From assembly GCA_045540575.1 (NCBI GenBank), contig JAZQHM010000005.1, positions 7,210 through 71,209 on the forward strand: a DNA stretch of 64,000 nucleotides. Direction: 5' to 3'. The position numbers and the translations under genes were made by a program. This DNA is from Faecousia sp. (lineage in GTDB: Bacteria; Bacillota; Clostridia; Oscillospirales; Oscillospiraceae). Of the stretch, positions 1 to 9,688 are shown piece by piece (the first letter of the stretch is position 1; every line of letters starts with the position of its first letter). Below the pieces are notes generated by a model. That model did not search any database and was not told where the DNA came from. It saw only the letters and a program-made list of their open reading frames with translations.

Positions 1-1462
1 AGCGCTTATAATAACCCTTGCGATAACCATAGTTCTTAGCATTTTCACTGGTGCAGTTATACACAACACCAAGGATCTTTGCATTGACAAAGGCAAACTG
101 CCGTGCGGTATCAGAAAGGGCAATTCGGTTACAGTAATGCTGGCGCACAACAAGAAGCATGCCATCTGTAATTTTGGCAACCGCCAGTGCGTCACTGACT
201 TCTCCTACAGGGGGAAGGTCAAGAATGATGTAATCATACTTTTTCCGCAGATAATCCAACATCTTCAGCATATTATCAGAGCTGAGAAGTTCAATGGGAT
301 TAGGCGGGTTGCGACCGGCAGCCACAACATCAAACGCGTCCTCTTCCCCACTTAGACCACATTTCTGAATCAGATTCTCCATGGTATTCTGACCGGAAAG
401 ATAACTGGAAAGACCAGGCACTTTCTCAATGGAAAGCTTTGTGGCCAAGGAAGGACGGCGCATATCGCAGTCAATCAAAATAACCTTCTTATCAAGCTGA
501 GACAGAGTAAATGCCAAATTGATGGCGGAAAGGCTTTTGCCTTCGCCGGAAAGCGCGCTGGAAAGACCAATGACACGGGAAACACCTTCGTCAGTAAAAG
601 AGAACTGCAGCTTGGTACGCAGACGCTTGTATGCTTCCGATGCAGAGAAACTGATTTCTGCACCGATCAGCTTGGGATCCTCCGGTGCACTGAGGATCGG
701 TGCAGGCTTTCTGCGCTTATGACCGTAGCCATAGTAGTAGTAACCGCCCTTGCTGGGTGCTTTCATGTCCGGCACAGCTGCCAAAATTGGGTGGCTACAA
801 CAAAGGGTAATATCTTCTTCTGTGCGGATCTTAATATCAAAGATTTCCTTCAAAACGATTGCTGCGACGACGGCAATAAGACCGACAGCAAAACCAACAA
901 TCGTATTGTACGTATAGTCAGGAGAACTGGGAGATGTGGGCACGACAGCAGTATCCACAACTTTTGCAGATGTGCCTTCGACGATATTTTTGATGCGGTT
1001 AGGCAGAATATACTCGATGGCATTGGCAAGCTTTGTTGCTTCTTCCGGGCTCGTGCTGGTAACCGTTACCCGGAAGATTTCGGTAGAACTGACAGAGGAG
1101 GCGGTAATCATACCGCTCAGTTCCTTATAAGTAATATCCACACCCGCATAATCAATAACATCGTTCAATGTTTCCCTGGTCCTTAAAATAACGATATAGG
1201 AATTAACCAGATTCTTGGAAGCTGTAATATCGCTGGAGGAAATGCTCAACGATGTATCGCCAAATGAGAAATTACTGTTATTTACGTAAAACATGGCAGA
1301 TGCATCGTACTTGGGAGCAATCAAATAAAATGTACCCAAGAATGTAGCAACAGCACAAACGATGGGCACCAGTGCAACCAGCCAAATCTTATTCAAAACT
1401 GCACCGATCACACGTTGCAGATCGATGGCAGATTCATTCAGCTCCATTTTTCTCTCGTCCAT
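1..1462 (-). CDS. Fused polysaccharide chain-length determinant (CpsC/Wzz) + BY-kinase (CpsD/CapB), Wzc-like; 3' end runs off the window
   Basis: Absent from the ORF track because no stop lies in the window. Manual minus-strand translation from ATG 1462 (RBS GGGGGA) gives MDERKMELNESAIDLQRVIGAVLNKIWLVALVPIVCAV (Wzz N-terminus with TM), then SEAYKRLRTKLQF, Walker A SALSGEGKS, LIDCDMRRP, IILDLPP and the C-terminal Tyr cluster NYGYRKGYYKR at the window edge. Confidence 0.9.
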   Translation of the reverse strand, partial: MDERKMELNESAIDLQRVIGAVLNKIWLVALVPIVCAVATFLGTFYLIAPKYDASAMFYVNNSNFSFGDTSLSISSSDITASKNLVNSYIVILRTRETLNDVIDYAGVDITYKELSGMITASSVSSTEIFRVTVTSTSPEEATKLANAIEYILPNRIKNIVEGTSAKVVDTAVVPTSPSSPDYTYNTIVGFAVGLIAVVAAIVLKEIFDIKIRTEEDITLCCSHPILAAVPDMKAPSKGGYYYYGYGHKRRKPAPILSAPEDPKLIGAEISFSASEAYKRLRTKLQFSFTDEGVSRVIGLSSALSGEGKSLSAINLAFTLSQLDKKVILIDCDMRRPSLATKLSIEKVPGLSSYLSGQNTMENLIQKCGLSGEEDAFDVVAAGRNPPNPIELLSSDNMLKMLDYLRKKYDYIILDLPPVGEVSDALAVAKITDGMLLVVRQHYCNRIALSDTARQFAFVNAKILGVVYNCTSENAKNYGYRKGYYKR

Positions 1463-1533
1463 TTTTTATATTCCCCCAAGCAAAGCTCGTACTAATTCTT
1501 TCAAATGGGCATACACCCTCTTTTATCTATTTG

Positions 1534-1562
1534 ATTGTATCACTTTCCTTTGTCTATGTCAA
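1534..1562 (-). promoter_or_regulatory. sigma-A promoter of the cpsCD fusion gene
   Basis: Minus strand TTGACA-17 nt-TACAAT with a TG extended -10. Confidence 0.75.
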
Positions 1563-1577
1563 CTCAAATTCCAATAT

Positions 1578-1613
1578 AAAAAATTCCTGCCGCTGCAGCA
1601 GCAGGAATTTTTC
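1578..1613 (-). terminator. Intrinsic terminator after the FG-GAP gene
   Basis: AAAAATTCCTGC...GCAGGAATTTTT inverted repeat with A/T tails, right after the stop at 1616. Confidence 0.8.
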
Positions 1614-1615
1614 TA

Positions 1616-4330
1616 TTATTTTGCGAATATTTCCGTGATTCTGGGGGAATTACCGGAGTTGACTGCACCGATAAAGAGTTTTACCTGCATCAACTTGCGG
1701 CTGAGCAACGCATCCGGAATCGACTGACCGCAGTCGATACGGCTGTCTGCCGTTCCATCAATACCCACGAATTCTGCTTGCTCCAGTTCTTCTGCTGTAT
1801 CCGCGGTGCGAATCTGGCAGTTGACCCATGTCTTGTTGGGAACAGTGCCCTCCCAGCTCACACAGCTGACATTCTGTGCGTCCATGACCGGCGTAATGTA
1901 GGTCTCTTCCGGGCTGCGGTTCATAATATCTCCCACATCATTGGGCACCATGTCGTGAGGACCAATGGTGGGCAGCCATGTACGGTTGTCTTCCTTAAAT
2001 CCCTCGGGTCCGTTCCACCAGATGGCAGAATCGGTGCGGTGGCTGCCGTATGCCCGGTGATGAGAAAGACAAATATCCACATAGCCGTCTTCGTTAAAGT
2101 CACATGCCCAGGCAGCAGAGGAAGAGTGGGCAAACAACCGCTTACGGTTAGTAAGGCTGAAGCTGCCATGATCATTCCAGTAAATAAAGGAATTGATGTC
2201 GCGCTCTTTCTTGTTGAAGTAAGACGATGCAAACACATCCAGCCAGCCATCGCCATTTAGGTCCTGAATGGTGATGTTATTGGACTGATAAGAAGGCAGA
2301 ACGCAGCAATTATAGCCGGAATAGCCCTTCTCACTGCCCCAGAAAATGGTGACAGTGCCTTCATGGTAAACATTACGGTGCAGCGACGCCCGGCTACCGA
2401 AGATCAGATCGGGATAGCCGTCCTTGTTAAGGTCTGCGACCCGGACAGTCAGCGCCATTTCGATAGGCAGCTTGGTGGAGCGCTCACTGGAGTACCCCTC
2501 GGGACCGCCCCAGTAGATCAGACTGTACTGCTGCCAGGATACGGGGATCACCAGATCCAGCCAGCCGTCGCCGTTGAGATCCGCCACAGCGCCCCACAGT
2601 GCACCGGCAGGCGTACCCTCCGGCATACCCTCAACGGTATCCAAAATGGCGATATCCTCGTCCTTCCAGCCGTCTTCGCTGCCGTATGCAATCCGCACTT
2701 CCCTGCCGCAAATGCCGATAATATCCAGGTAGCCATCCTTGTTCAGATCCGCGCAGTGACCGCCCCATGCAAGGGGGGTGTTGATCTGCGTCATATTGTC
2801 AAGGCTGAAACCGTCAGGACTGCCCCAATAAAGATCTCCCGGAGGGTTCAGCTGGGGCTGATCTTCGCCGTTTTGCATTACAAGAATATCGGGCCAGCCG
2901 TCGTCATTGAAGTCTACCGGCATCATCGTGCCTGCGCTGTTACCGGGGAATTCCAAACGATTCTTGGGATCAAAGCCATCCTTGCCACCCAAATAGACAT
3001 GGACGGGAATGTGACCGTAGGCGCTGCTCTCCTGCTGGTTGACAAACACCAGCTTTTTCTTTCCGGAACCATCAAAATCGGCAGTATACGCCTCAATGCA
3101 GTTGTGGGTCACATAGCGCTTAGGCTCATCAGCAATGACACCGCCACTAACCGGCCACACAAAAGACTCAGAGGTAAAAGCTGTATATGTACGACCCTGG
3201 ATCACAACAATGTCGTCGCAACCATCGCCGTCAAAATCACACAGCAGAACATCTCTCGGGGTAAACACCGGCATGGTCTTAACCGGATTTTCGTAGCCGC
3301 TTGCCTCATAGTAGACCAAAACCTTTTGATCTTCCATAGAATTTACCTGCAGCAGCACCAAGTCTTCAGACTCAGCTCCTGCAATATGTCCGGTGGCAGC
3401 GGAAATGACATTTTTAACCGGGAAAACAATGTCCTTTCCGGACTTGTTTCTGCCCTCGAAGTGGATCAGGCGCACCTCGTTGGCGTCTGCATAGAACAAA
3501 TACTTTTCGCCCTTAAAAGTAACCTGCTTGGGGCGGGTAAACTCAAAATACAGCACATTGCCGCCGCCATAGGGCAATATCTCAAAGCGCTCTTTGTCAT
3601 TGGTCGCGGGAGCAACCTCCGTGCTGTTTTCCAGGGAGAAGCCGTCCTTGCCACCCCACAAAACCGACCATTTTCCGTCAGCTGTACGGCAGTAAAGATC
3701 ATCGCAGCCGTCGCCGTCAATATCAGCTGCTACGAACCAGGAAACAGGGACATTATAGTCCTTATATCCAGCCATGGTAAAGCCCATTTCGCCCTGCTTG
3801 TAAACCCGCAGACGCTGATTGAACAGCATTTCCGGTGAGAAGGTGGATGCCGGTGCATCGGCAATCTGATAGCAGATCTCCTTGACACCGTCGCCATCAA
3901 AATCGCCAACAGCAACACAGGAGCAGCCCGGTGCAGAAAGATCGATCTTCCGATTTTCCGTAATGCCGTCCTTGCCGCCGAAATAGACATAGGAAGGCAG
4001 ATCACTGTGGTGACCGTCGTTATTGGCTGCCACGATCAGATCGTCATATCCATCACCATTAAGATCTGCCGCCTGAGCGCCTTGTGCGCCCTGGGTCAGA
4101 ACATTCTGGCACTTCCCCTCTCCCGTAGGGTCGGAAATAATATGCAGATAAGGATGCTCACTAAAGTCATGGCTGTTGGCGATTAGCAAATCCACATAGC
4201 CATCATTGTTGACATCAAACCGCCAGATTCGCTGCAGGTTGCCTTTTTTCGACACATAAAGATTCTGCCCGCCATTGCCAAAAGTGCCCTTTGACAGTGC
4301 ATCAAAACCGCTGAGTGACCATTTTTTCAT
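1616..4330 (-). CDS. FG-GAP/VCBS repeat (integrin-alpha-like beta-propeller) protein with no signal peptide
   Basis: About 12 DxNxDGxxD motifs (DVNNDGYVD, DLNGDGYDD, DFNDDGWPD, DLNKDGYLD etc.), most followed by YWG/YFG..GFS. Start moved to MKKWSL (ATG 4330, RBS GAGG). Confidence 0.85.
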   Translation of the reverse strand: MKKWSLSGFDALSKGTFGNGGQNLYVSKKGNLQRIWRFDVNNDGYVDLLIANSHDFSEHPYLHIISDPTGEGKCQNVLTQGAQGAQAADLNGDGYDDLIVAANNDGHHSDLPSYVYFGGKDGITENRKIDLSAPGCSCVAVGDFDGDGVKEICYQIADAPASTFSPEMLFNQRLRVYKQGEMGFTMAGYKDYNVPVSWFVAADIDGDGCDDLYCRTADGKWSVLWGGKDGFSLENSTEVAPATNDKERFEILPYGGGNVLYFEFTRPKQVTFKGEKYLFYADANEVRLIHFEGRNKSGKDIVFPVKNVISAATGHIAGAESEDLVLLQVNSMEDQKVLVYYEASGYENPVKTMPVFTPRDVLLCDFDGDGCDDIVVIQGRTYTAFTSESFVWPVSGGVIADEPKRYVTHNCIEAYTADFDGSGKKKLVFVNQQESSAYGHIPVHVYLGGKDGFDPKNRLEFPGNSAGTMMPVDFNDDGWPDILVMQNGEDQPQLNPPGDLYWGSPDGFSLDNMTQINTPLAWGGHCADLNKDGYLDIIGICGREVRIAYGSEDGWKDEDIAILDTVEGMPEGTPAGALWGAVADLNGDGWLDLVIPVSWQQYSLIYWGGPEGYSSERSTKLPIEMALTVRVADLNKDGYPDLIFGSRASLHRNVYHEGTVTIFWGSEKGYSGYNCCVLPSYQSNNITIQDLNGDGWLDVFASSYFNKKERDINSFIYWNDHGSFSLTNRKRLFAHSSSAAWACDFNEDGYVDICLSHHRAYGSHRTDSAIWWNGPEGFKEDNRTWLPTIGPHDMVPNDVGDIMNRSPEETYITPVMDAQNVSCVSWEGTVPNKTWVNCQIRTADTAEELEQAEFVGIDGTADSRIDCGQSIPDALLSRKLMQVKLFIGAVNSGNSPRITEIFAK

Positions 4331-4343
4331 AGCTGTACCTCTT

Positions 4344-4979
4344 TCAAACATTTGCAGGCATTGCCGTCATGGCATTGCCAAGATGACCGTCATAACCGAT
4401 TTTCACTATGTGGAATTCACCGTCGTAATCAAGCTCCGTAACCGAAGCGTTGGATACCCAGGGAATATCTTTCATTTCACTTAAGGGTCTTCCCTCCGCA
4501 TAACATTGTGTCGCACGGATGGGAGTGGCATGGGTCGCGATCACCACGGTTTGCTCCGGATGCTCCACGGCAATTTCTCTTAGCCGCGATAAGATTCTTT
4601 CCTGCAGCTGGGCAACCGTTTCGCCGCCATCACAACAGGCATTACCAATGTCATTGCGCCACACCTGATAAGCAGGAAACCTCTCAATAATCTCTTCAAA
4701 GGGTCTGCCTTCCCACTGACCCGCATTGATCTCCCGAAGCAGCGAATCGGGGTGCATCTGCAAACCCGTTATACTTGCTACCGCTTCACCAACAGCGGCT
4801 GCACGCTTCAAATCGCTGGAATAGACCGCGTCAACGCAATAGGTTTCCGCCACATACCGGGCGGCGATCTTCGCCTGCTGCAGTCCCAGATCCGTAGGAG
4901 GGCTGTCAAAATGACCGGCAAAGCACCTTGTAAAGTTCGCCTGGCTTTGTCCATGGCGAATCAGCAGAAATTTAACCAT
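4344..4979 (-). CDS. Histidine phosphatase (phosphoglycerate mutase/CobC-like) family protein
   Basis: LIRHGQS, YSSDLKRA, LREINAGQWEG, GGET and ATH motifs. The start overlaps the HAD gene stop (ATGGTTAA). Confidence 0.9.
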   Translation of the reverse strand: MVKFLLIRHGQSQANFTRCFAGHFDSPPTDLGLQQAKIAARYVAETYCVDAVYSSDLKRAAAVGEAVASITGLQMHPDSLLREINAGQWEGRPFEEIIERFPAYQVWRNDIGNACCDGGETVAQLQERILSRLREIAVEHPEQTVVIATHATPIRATQCYAEGRPLSEMKDIPWVSNASVTELDYDGEFHIVKIGYDGHLGNAMTAMPANV

Positions 4980-5622
4980 TTGCGATCTCCTCAATGCACG
5001 TTAAAAGCTTTGCCGTATCGTCACAGAAATACTTCGCACCGTTTTCTTCCAGCATATCCCGATCCCGGAAGCCCCATAAAACAGCCAAACACGGCACACC
5101 GGCATTGCTTGCGGTAAGTACATCCACCTCGCTGTCGCCAACGAAAATGCAGCTGTCCACACCGATGTCCTTCATAGCCTTGTTGACCATATCCGGTGCC
5201 GGCTTACGGGGGCATTCGTCACTTTGTCCCAAGGCATAATAGCCGGGGAAATAGTCAGCGCACAGCAGCTTAACAGCAGAATCCGGCTTATTGGAAACGA
5301 TGGCGACCGGATACTTTTTTGCCACCTCAGCCAAAGCCAGGGGAATTCCGTCATAGGGCTTTGTCTTAACTTTGGTGTGGGTTTCATAGTAAGGCAGGTA
5401 CACCTTCAGCATTTCATTTGGATCAGGCTCTGTAGCACCATCAGGACGGGAAGCAGTCATCTGGTACAGCGCACCGTTGCCCACGATTCGGCGCATATCC
5501 TTGAGACTGCGTTCCGGCAGATCAAAGTGCCGTAGCGTGTAATTCGTCGCGTCGGTCAGATCCTGCAACGTGTCCAGCAGCGTACCGTCCAGGTCAAACA
5601 AAATGCCGATTTTCTTTTCCAT
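4972..5622 (-). CDS. HAD-family phosphatase (phosphoglycolate phosphatase-like)
   Basis: FDLDGTLLDT, VSNK, RKPAP and VGDSEVD motifs; GGAGG RBS before MEKKIG. Confidence 0.9.
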   Translation of the reverse strand: MEKKIGILFDLDGTLLDTLQDLTDATNYTLRHFDLPERSLKDMRRIVGNGALYQMTASRPDGATEPDPNEMLKVYLPYYETHTKVKTKPYDGIPLALAEVAKKYPVAIVSNKPDSAVKLLCADYFPGYYALGQSDECPRKPAPDMVNKAMKDIGVDSCIFVGDSEVDVLTASNAGVPCLAVLWGFRDRDMLEENGAKYFCDDTAKLLTCIEEIANG

Positions 5623-5651
5623 AATGCCGCCTCCAAATTTTCTCTTTATAA

Positions 5652-5680
5652 AGTATAACATATTCATTTTTGGCTTGCAA
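5652..5680 (-). promoter_or_regulatory. sigma-A promoter of the HAD-phosphatase/histidine phosphatase/FG-GAP operon
   Basis: TTGCAA-17 nt-TATACT with a TG extension on the minus strand. Confidence 0.6.
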
Positions 5681-5701
5681 CCGATTCCTTATATAAATTT
5701 T

Positions 5702-5728
5702 AAGCCCTCCGGGTCACCGGAGGGCTTT
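5702..5728 (-). terminator. Intrinsic terminator after asnA
   Basis: AAGCCCTCCGG-GTCA-CCGGAGGGCTT hairpin. Confidence 0.75.
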
Positions 5729-5730
5729 GT

Positions 5731-6741
5731 TTACAGAAGCGGAATCCCTGCAGTTTCGCAGGCTGCAACGGTATCTGCATCCCAAATGCTGGACTGGACT
5801 TCGCCGATATGGGCGCAGTTCATCATCAACATACAAAGACGGGACTGACCGATACCGCCGCCAATGGTCAGCGGCAATTCGTTATTGAGAAGCATCTTGT
5901 GGAACGGCAGCTCCCGGCGGTCATCACAGCCGGCAATTCTCAGCTGGCGATCCATAGCCTCGGCATCCACGCGGATACCCATAGAAGAAATTTCCAAGGC
6001 TCTGTCCAGCACTTCGTCATAGAAGAAAATATCGCAGTTGAGCTGCCAATCGTCGTAGTCCGGCGCTCTGCCGTCGTGGGGCTTGCCGGAGCGCAGCTTT
6101 CCACCGATCTGCATAATGCAGGCAGTCTTATGCTCTTTCACATAAGCCTTTTCCCGCTGGGAGCCGGTCTTTAAGTCCGGATACAGATCCTCAAGCTCCT
6201 GCGTGGTGATAAAAGACACTTCCCGCTCCAACTCCACACGCAGCTGTGGGAAACGGACATGAAGACGGTCATTGGTATCGCAGATGGCACGGACAATGGC
6301 GCGAACGATCAGCTTCAGATACTCAAGATTGCGGTTATCCTTGGTGATGACCTTCTCCCAGTCCCACTGGTCCACATAAATGGAGTGGACATTGTCCAGC
6401 TCCTCGTCCCGGCGAATGGCGTTCATATCGGTGTAAAGGCCGTGCCCTACCGTAAAGCCATAGCGCTTCAGCGCAAGGCGTTTCCACTTGGCAAGAGAAT
6501 GCACCACCTGTGCATCCGCGCCAACTGCAGGCACATCAAAGGATACCGGACGCTCATAGCCGTTGAGGTTATCGTTAAGACCCGATTGCTGGGTAACAAA
6601 CAGCGGCGCAGAAACACGTTTCAAATTTAAAGCAGCGGAAAACTCCTGCTGAAAGGTTTCTTTGATATAGGCAATCGCCCGCTGGGTATCGTAGGCATCC
6701 AGCACCGGCTTATAGCCCTGAGGAATGTAGATCTTGTTCAT
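5731..6741 (-). CDS. asnA: Aspartate--ammonia ligase (asparagine synthetase A)
   Basis: VVHSLAKWKR, HSIYVDQWDWE, HDGRAPDYDDW and TIGGGIGQSRL signatures. Confidence 0.97.
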   Translation of the reverse strand: MNKIYIPQGYKPVLDAYDTQRAIAYIKETFQQEFSAALNLKRVSAPLFVTQQSGLNDNLNGYERPVSFDVPAVGADAQVVHSLAKWKRLALKRYGFTVGHGLYTDMNAIRRDEELDNVHSIYVDQWDWEKVITKDNRNLEYLKLIVRAIVRAICDTNDRLHVRFPQLRVELEREVSFITTQELEDLYPDLKTGSQREKAYVKEHKTACIMQIGGKLRSGKPHDGRAPDYDDWQLNCDIFFYDEVLDRALEISSMGIRVDAEAMDRQLRIAGCDDRRELPFHKMLLNNELPLTIGGGIGQSRLCMLMMNCAHIGEVQSSIWDADTVAACETAGIPLL

Positions 6742-6880
6742 ACCCTCGTGTCCTTTCCGTTCAATATGTTCCCATTTTTACACACTGTGCATAAAAAATC
6801 AAGCCCTAATTTAGTCAGTTCGTTAATGTTCTTTGGCAGTATCGGTTTTTCATTGACAAGTGATTGGATTTGTGATAAAC

Positions 6881-6899
6881 AAAGTGTGTGAGACACTTT
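6881..6899. promoter_or_regulatory. Palindromic operator upstream of the GntR/LacI regulator, probably autoregulatory
   Basis: AAAGTGTGT-G-AGACACTTT dyad just downstream of TTGACA (6853) and before the AGGAGG RBS. Confidence 0.55.
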
Positions 6900-6916
6900 C
6901 AAAAGGAGGTAGCCGT

Positions 6917-7960
6917 ATGCAGGAAAACAGCCCCATGACAAACGCCCGTCAGCTATATGAAACGCTGCGCAAGGACATTGCAAACGGCACCTACCCCACA
7001 GATAGCAAGCTGCCCTCAATCCGCACCCTTGCGGACAAATACGATCTTTGCACCAATACGGTAAACACTGCCATTGCAATGCTTGTGAATGAAGGCATCG
7101 TTACTGTCCGAAAAGGCAGCGGCAGCTATGTGACCCGCGCACCTAAAAAGAGCCGCATGATCGGTGTTTTGATGTTTGATTTCATCAGCAGTACCCGTGT
7201 GGATTCTGCCATTTTGGAGGCGATCCAAAAAAATCTGCCGGATGATTACTACTTTTCACTTGTAAATACCTATAACAATTACGATGCGTTTTGCGACAGT
7301 CTGGAGCATCTTCTGGATGCCGGGGCTGCGGGGCTTCTGCTCGTTCCGCCCACCCAGCTTCCCGCTGACCTTACCCGCATCCAGTCTCTTTTAGGGCAGA
7401 TCCCCACTGTTTTTATAAACCGGGGCATCCCCGGAGTGGATGCAGACATTTACTCTATGGATCTTTATCGGGGAACTTTGGAAGCGCTGGAATACCTTTA
7501 TGCCACCGGAAAGCGCAAAACGCTGATCATTCCCCACAACTCTGAAAAGTTTGCAACCGAGCAGCTGCTTGCCTGCGAGAACCACAAAAAGAACTATCAC
7601 CTGCCGCCGGAATCCATTGTGGCAATGCCGATGGAAGGTACACTAGAAGAACTTCACGATAGAGTTGCAGCCCTTTCCGGGCAGTTTGACAGCTTTATTA
7701 CATCGGACAATATCTTAGTGCAAATGACCGACATATTTACCCGGCAGGGCATTGCGATCCCGTCCGAGCTTTCCCTTGTGGGAATCAACGACACCCTACT
7801 GTCGCGCATCCACAATCCCCCGCTGACTTCTATCGCATATCCAGCCAGGCAGGTAGGAAAAAATGCGGTAAGCCGACTGATTGAACGGGTCGAGGTGTGC
7901 TGTGAAAGTGCCGGCAAGCTGCACAATTACAAGCCGGAATTTATTATCCGCAAAACATAA
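6917..7960 (+). CDS. AraR-type regulator (GntR wHTH + LacI sugar-binding domain)
   Basis: N-terminal LRKDIANGTY..KLPSIRTLA..GSGSYV; C-terminal IPSELSLVGIND..PPLTSI. AGGAGG RBS before ATG 6917. Confidence 0.9.
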   Translation: MQENSPMTNARQLYETLRKDIANGTYPTDSKLPSIRTLADKYDLCTNTVNTAIAMLVNEGIVTVRKGSGSYVTRAPKKSRMIGVLMFDFISSTRVDSAILEAIQKNLPDDYYFSLVNTYNNYDAFCDSLEHLLDAGAAGLLLVPPTQLPADLTRIQSLLGQIPTVFINRGIPGVDADIYSMDLYRGTLEALEYLYATGKRKTLIIPHNSEKFATEQLLACENHKKNYHLPPESIVAMPMEGTLEELHDRVAALSGQFDSFITSDNILVQMTDIFTRQGIAIPSELSLVGINDTLLSRIHNPPLTSIAYPARQVGKNAVSRLIERVEVCCESAGKLHNYKPEFIIRKT

Positions 7961-7973
7961 AGGAGATGTTTCC

Positions 7974-8783
7974 ATGCCCAGAGAAATCAACCCCGCAATC
8001 CGTCGCAGCCGCGTGCTTGAAAAGATTCGCGCCGGTAAAATCGCCTATTCCGTGAAGCTGAATGTTTCCGGACAGGAAGCCACCGAAATCGCAGCCATGA
8101 GCGGTTTTGACTGCATTTGGAGCTGCACGGAGCACTGCCCAACCACACTGGAAACCGTTAAAGCCCAGGCTGCCGTCTGCAAAGCCCACGACACCGATCT
8201 TCTTGTTCGTGTGCCCCGGGGCGGTTACAGCGAGTATATCCGTCCGTTGGAGCTGGGTGCTACCGGTATCATGGTGCCCCATGTGATGAGCCTGGCTGAC
8301 GCACAATCCATTGTCAATCAGACCCGCTTCGCCCCCATCGGCAGACGCCCCATTGACGGTGGCAATGAAGACGGACAGTACTGCATGCTGCCAGTCGCCG
8401 AGTACTTAAAGCAGTCCAACGAGAACAAAATGGTGGTGCTGCAGATTGAAGACCCCGAACCCATGAAGGATTTGGAAGCCATCTGCGAGCTACCCGGCTA
8501 TGACATTTTGTTCTTTGGTCCCGGCGATTTCTCCCACGCAATCGGACATGCAACCAACATTATGCACGAAGATGTGATCGCCGCCCGAAAAAAGATCGCC
8601 GCCACCGCCCGCAAATACGGCAAGGCGCTGGGCACGGTGTGCGTAGGCGATCCCCGCATTCTGATCGACGAGGGCTTCCAGTATCTCAACATCGGCGGCG
8701 ATGTCCGGGCACTTACCGGCTTCTATAAAACCGCAAGAGAGAATTTTGAAGCCATTTTGGACGAGTTAAAAATGGATTATTAA
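7974..8783 (+). CDS. HpcH/HpaI-family class II pyruvate aldolase
   Basis: GFDCIWSCTEH, LVRVP, GIMVPHV, QIEDPE and FFGPGDFS motifs; AGGAG RBS. Confidence 0.9.
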   Translation: MPREINPAIRRSRVLEKIRAGKIAYSVKLNVSGQEATEIAAMSGFDCIWSCTEHCPTTLETVKAQAAVCKAHDTDLLVRVPRGGYSEYIRPLELGATGIMVPHVMSLADAQSIVNQTRFAPIGRRPIDGGNEDGQYCMLPVAEYLKQSNENKMVVLQIEDPEPMKDLEAICELPGYDILFFGPGDFSHAIGHATNIMHEDVIAARKKIAATARKYGKALGTVCVGDPRILIDEGFQYLNIGGDVRALTGFYKTARENFEAILDELKMDY

Positions 8784-8810
8784 ATCCACAAAATAAAGGA
8801 GAATATCATC

Positions 8811-9677
8811 ATGAGAGAAAAGCTTACTATCCTGGTTGTCGGCGGACATCCTGCTGACGTATTTGACCACTGCGGCGGCACTATGGCGCACCACATCCAG
8901 CAGGGCGACAATGTTGTGTGCCTTGCGCTGACTCAGGGTCTGCGTATCCACGACATCGTTATCTCCGAAAAGTACCGCACCGGTATTCCCGAAGAAGAAA
9001 AAGAAGAATTCGAGCGCATTGCCAAAGAGCGTGCCGCTGCCAAGGAGCAGGAGACTCGTGATGCCTGCGCTGCATTGGGCATCAAGGACGTCCGTTTCCT
9101 GAGCTATGACGAGGAAGTCATGCTGGAAACCGTTCCCATGATCAAGGCCGTTGCTGCCGTGATCCGCGAGGTCAAGCCCCATATCGTCATCACCCACTAC
9201 CCCTACGAAGAGGGCGGTGTCGGCAACCACCACGCAACCACCGGCAAGATCGTCAACCACGCTGTGGAGCTGGCTACCACCACCGACTACGAAAACAACA
9301 TTCCTGCATGGCGTACCGCGCAGCAGTTCTACATGATCGCCTCCTTCCACACTCAGTGCGAGAATCTGCTGGGCACTATGCATATGCCCTTCCTTCCCTT
9401 CTATGTGGATGTCACCGATGTGATCGAGCTGAAGATCAAGGCGCTGGAGTGCATGGTCAGCCAGCAGTACGGCGGTGTCTATGCCCGCAAACGTACTGAG
9501 GCTGCGGAAGGTGCTTACGGTCACATGATGCGCACCGCTTATGCAGAAGCTTTCGTTCCTGTACATCCCGATCTGTACCACACCCTGCCCATTTCCCAGC
9601 AGCGTCTTGACTGGGCAAATGAGATGGAGATCGAGACCCGCACTCGCGGTGGCAGAATGATCGTTCCCTATCTGTAA
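8811..9677 (+). CDS. PIG-L/LmbE-family metalloenzyme, copy 1 (HPAD variant)
   Basis: LVVGGHPAD..GG, EVKPHIVITH, YVDVTDVIELKIKAL..SQ and YAEAF motifs. Confidence 0.85.
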   Translation: MREKLTILVVGGHPADVFDHCGGTMAHHIQQGDNVVCLALTQGLRIHDIVISEKYRTGIPEEEKEEFERIAKERAAAKEQETRDACAALGIKDVRFLSYDEEVMLETVPMIKAVAAVIREVKPHIVITHYPYEEGGVGNHHATTGKIVNHAVELATTTDYENNIPAWRTAQQFYMIASFHTQCENLLGTMHMPFLPFYVDVTDVIELKIKALECMVSQQYGGVYARKRTEAAEGAYGHMMRTAYAEAFVPVHPDLYHTLPISQQRLDWANEMEIETRTRGGRMIVPYL

Positions 9678-9688
9678 GGAGCATTTTT

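Noticed and set aside
137-1727. Short plus-strand ORFs listed at the left edge
   Set aside because: They overlap the minus-strand CpsC-CpsD frame or its promoter and terminator region and have no motifs.
6742-6916. T-box or riboswitch upstream of asnA
   Set aside because: The 175-bp intergenic region is shared with a divergent promoter and has no T-box consensus or terminator hairpin.
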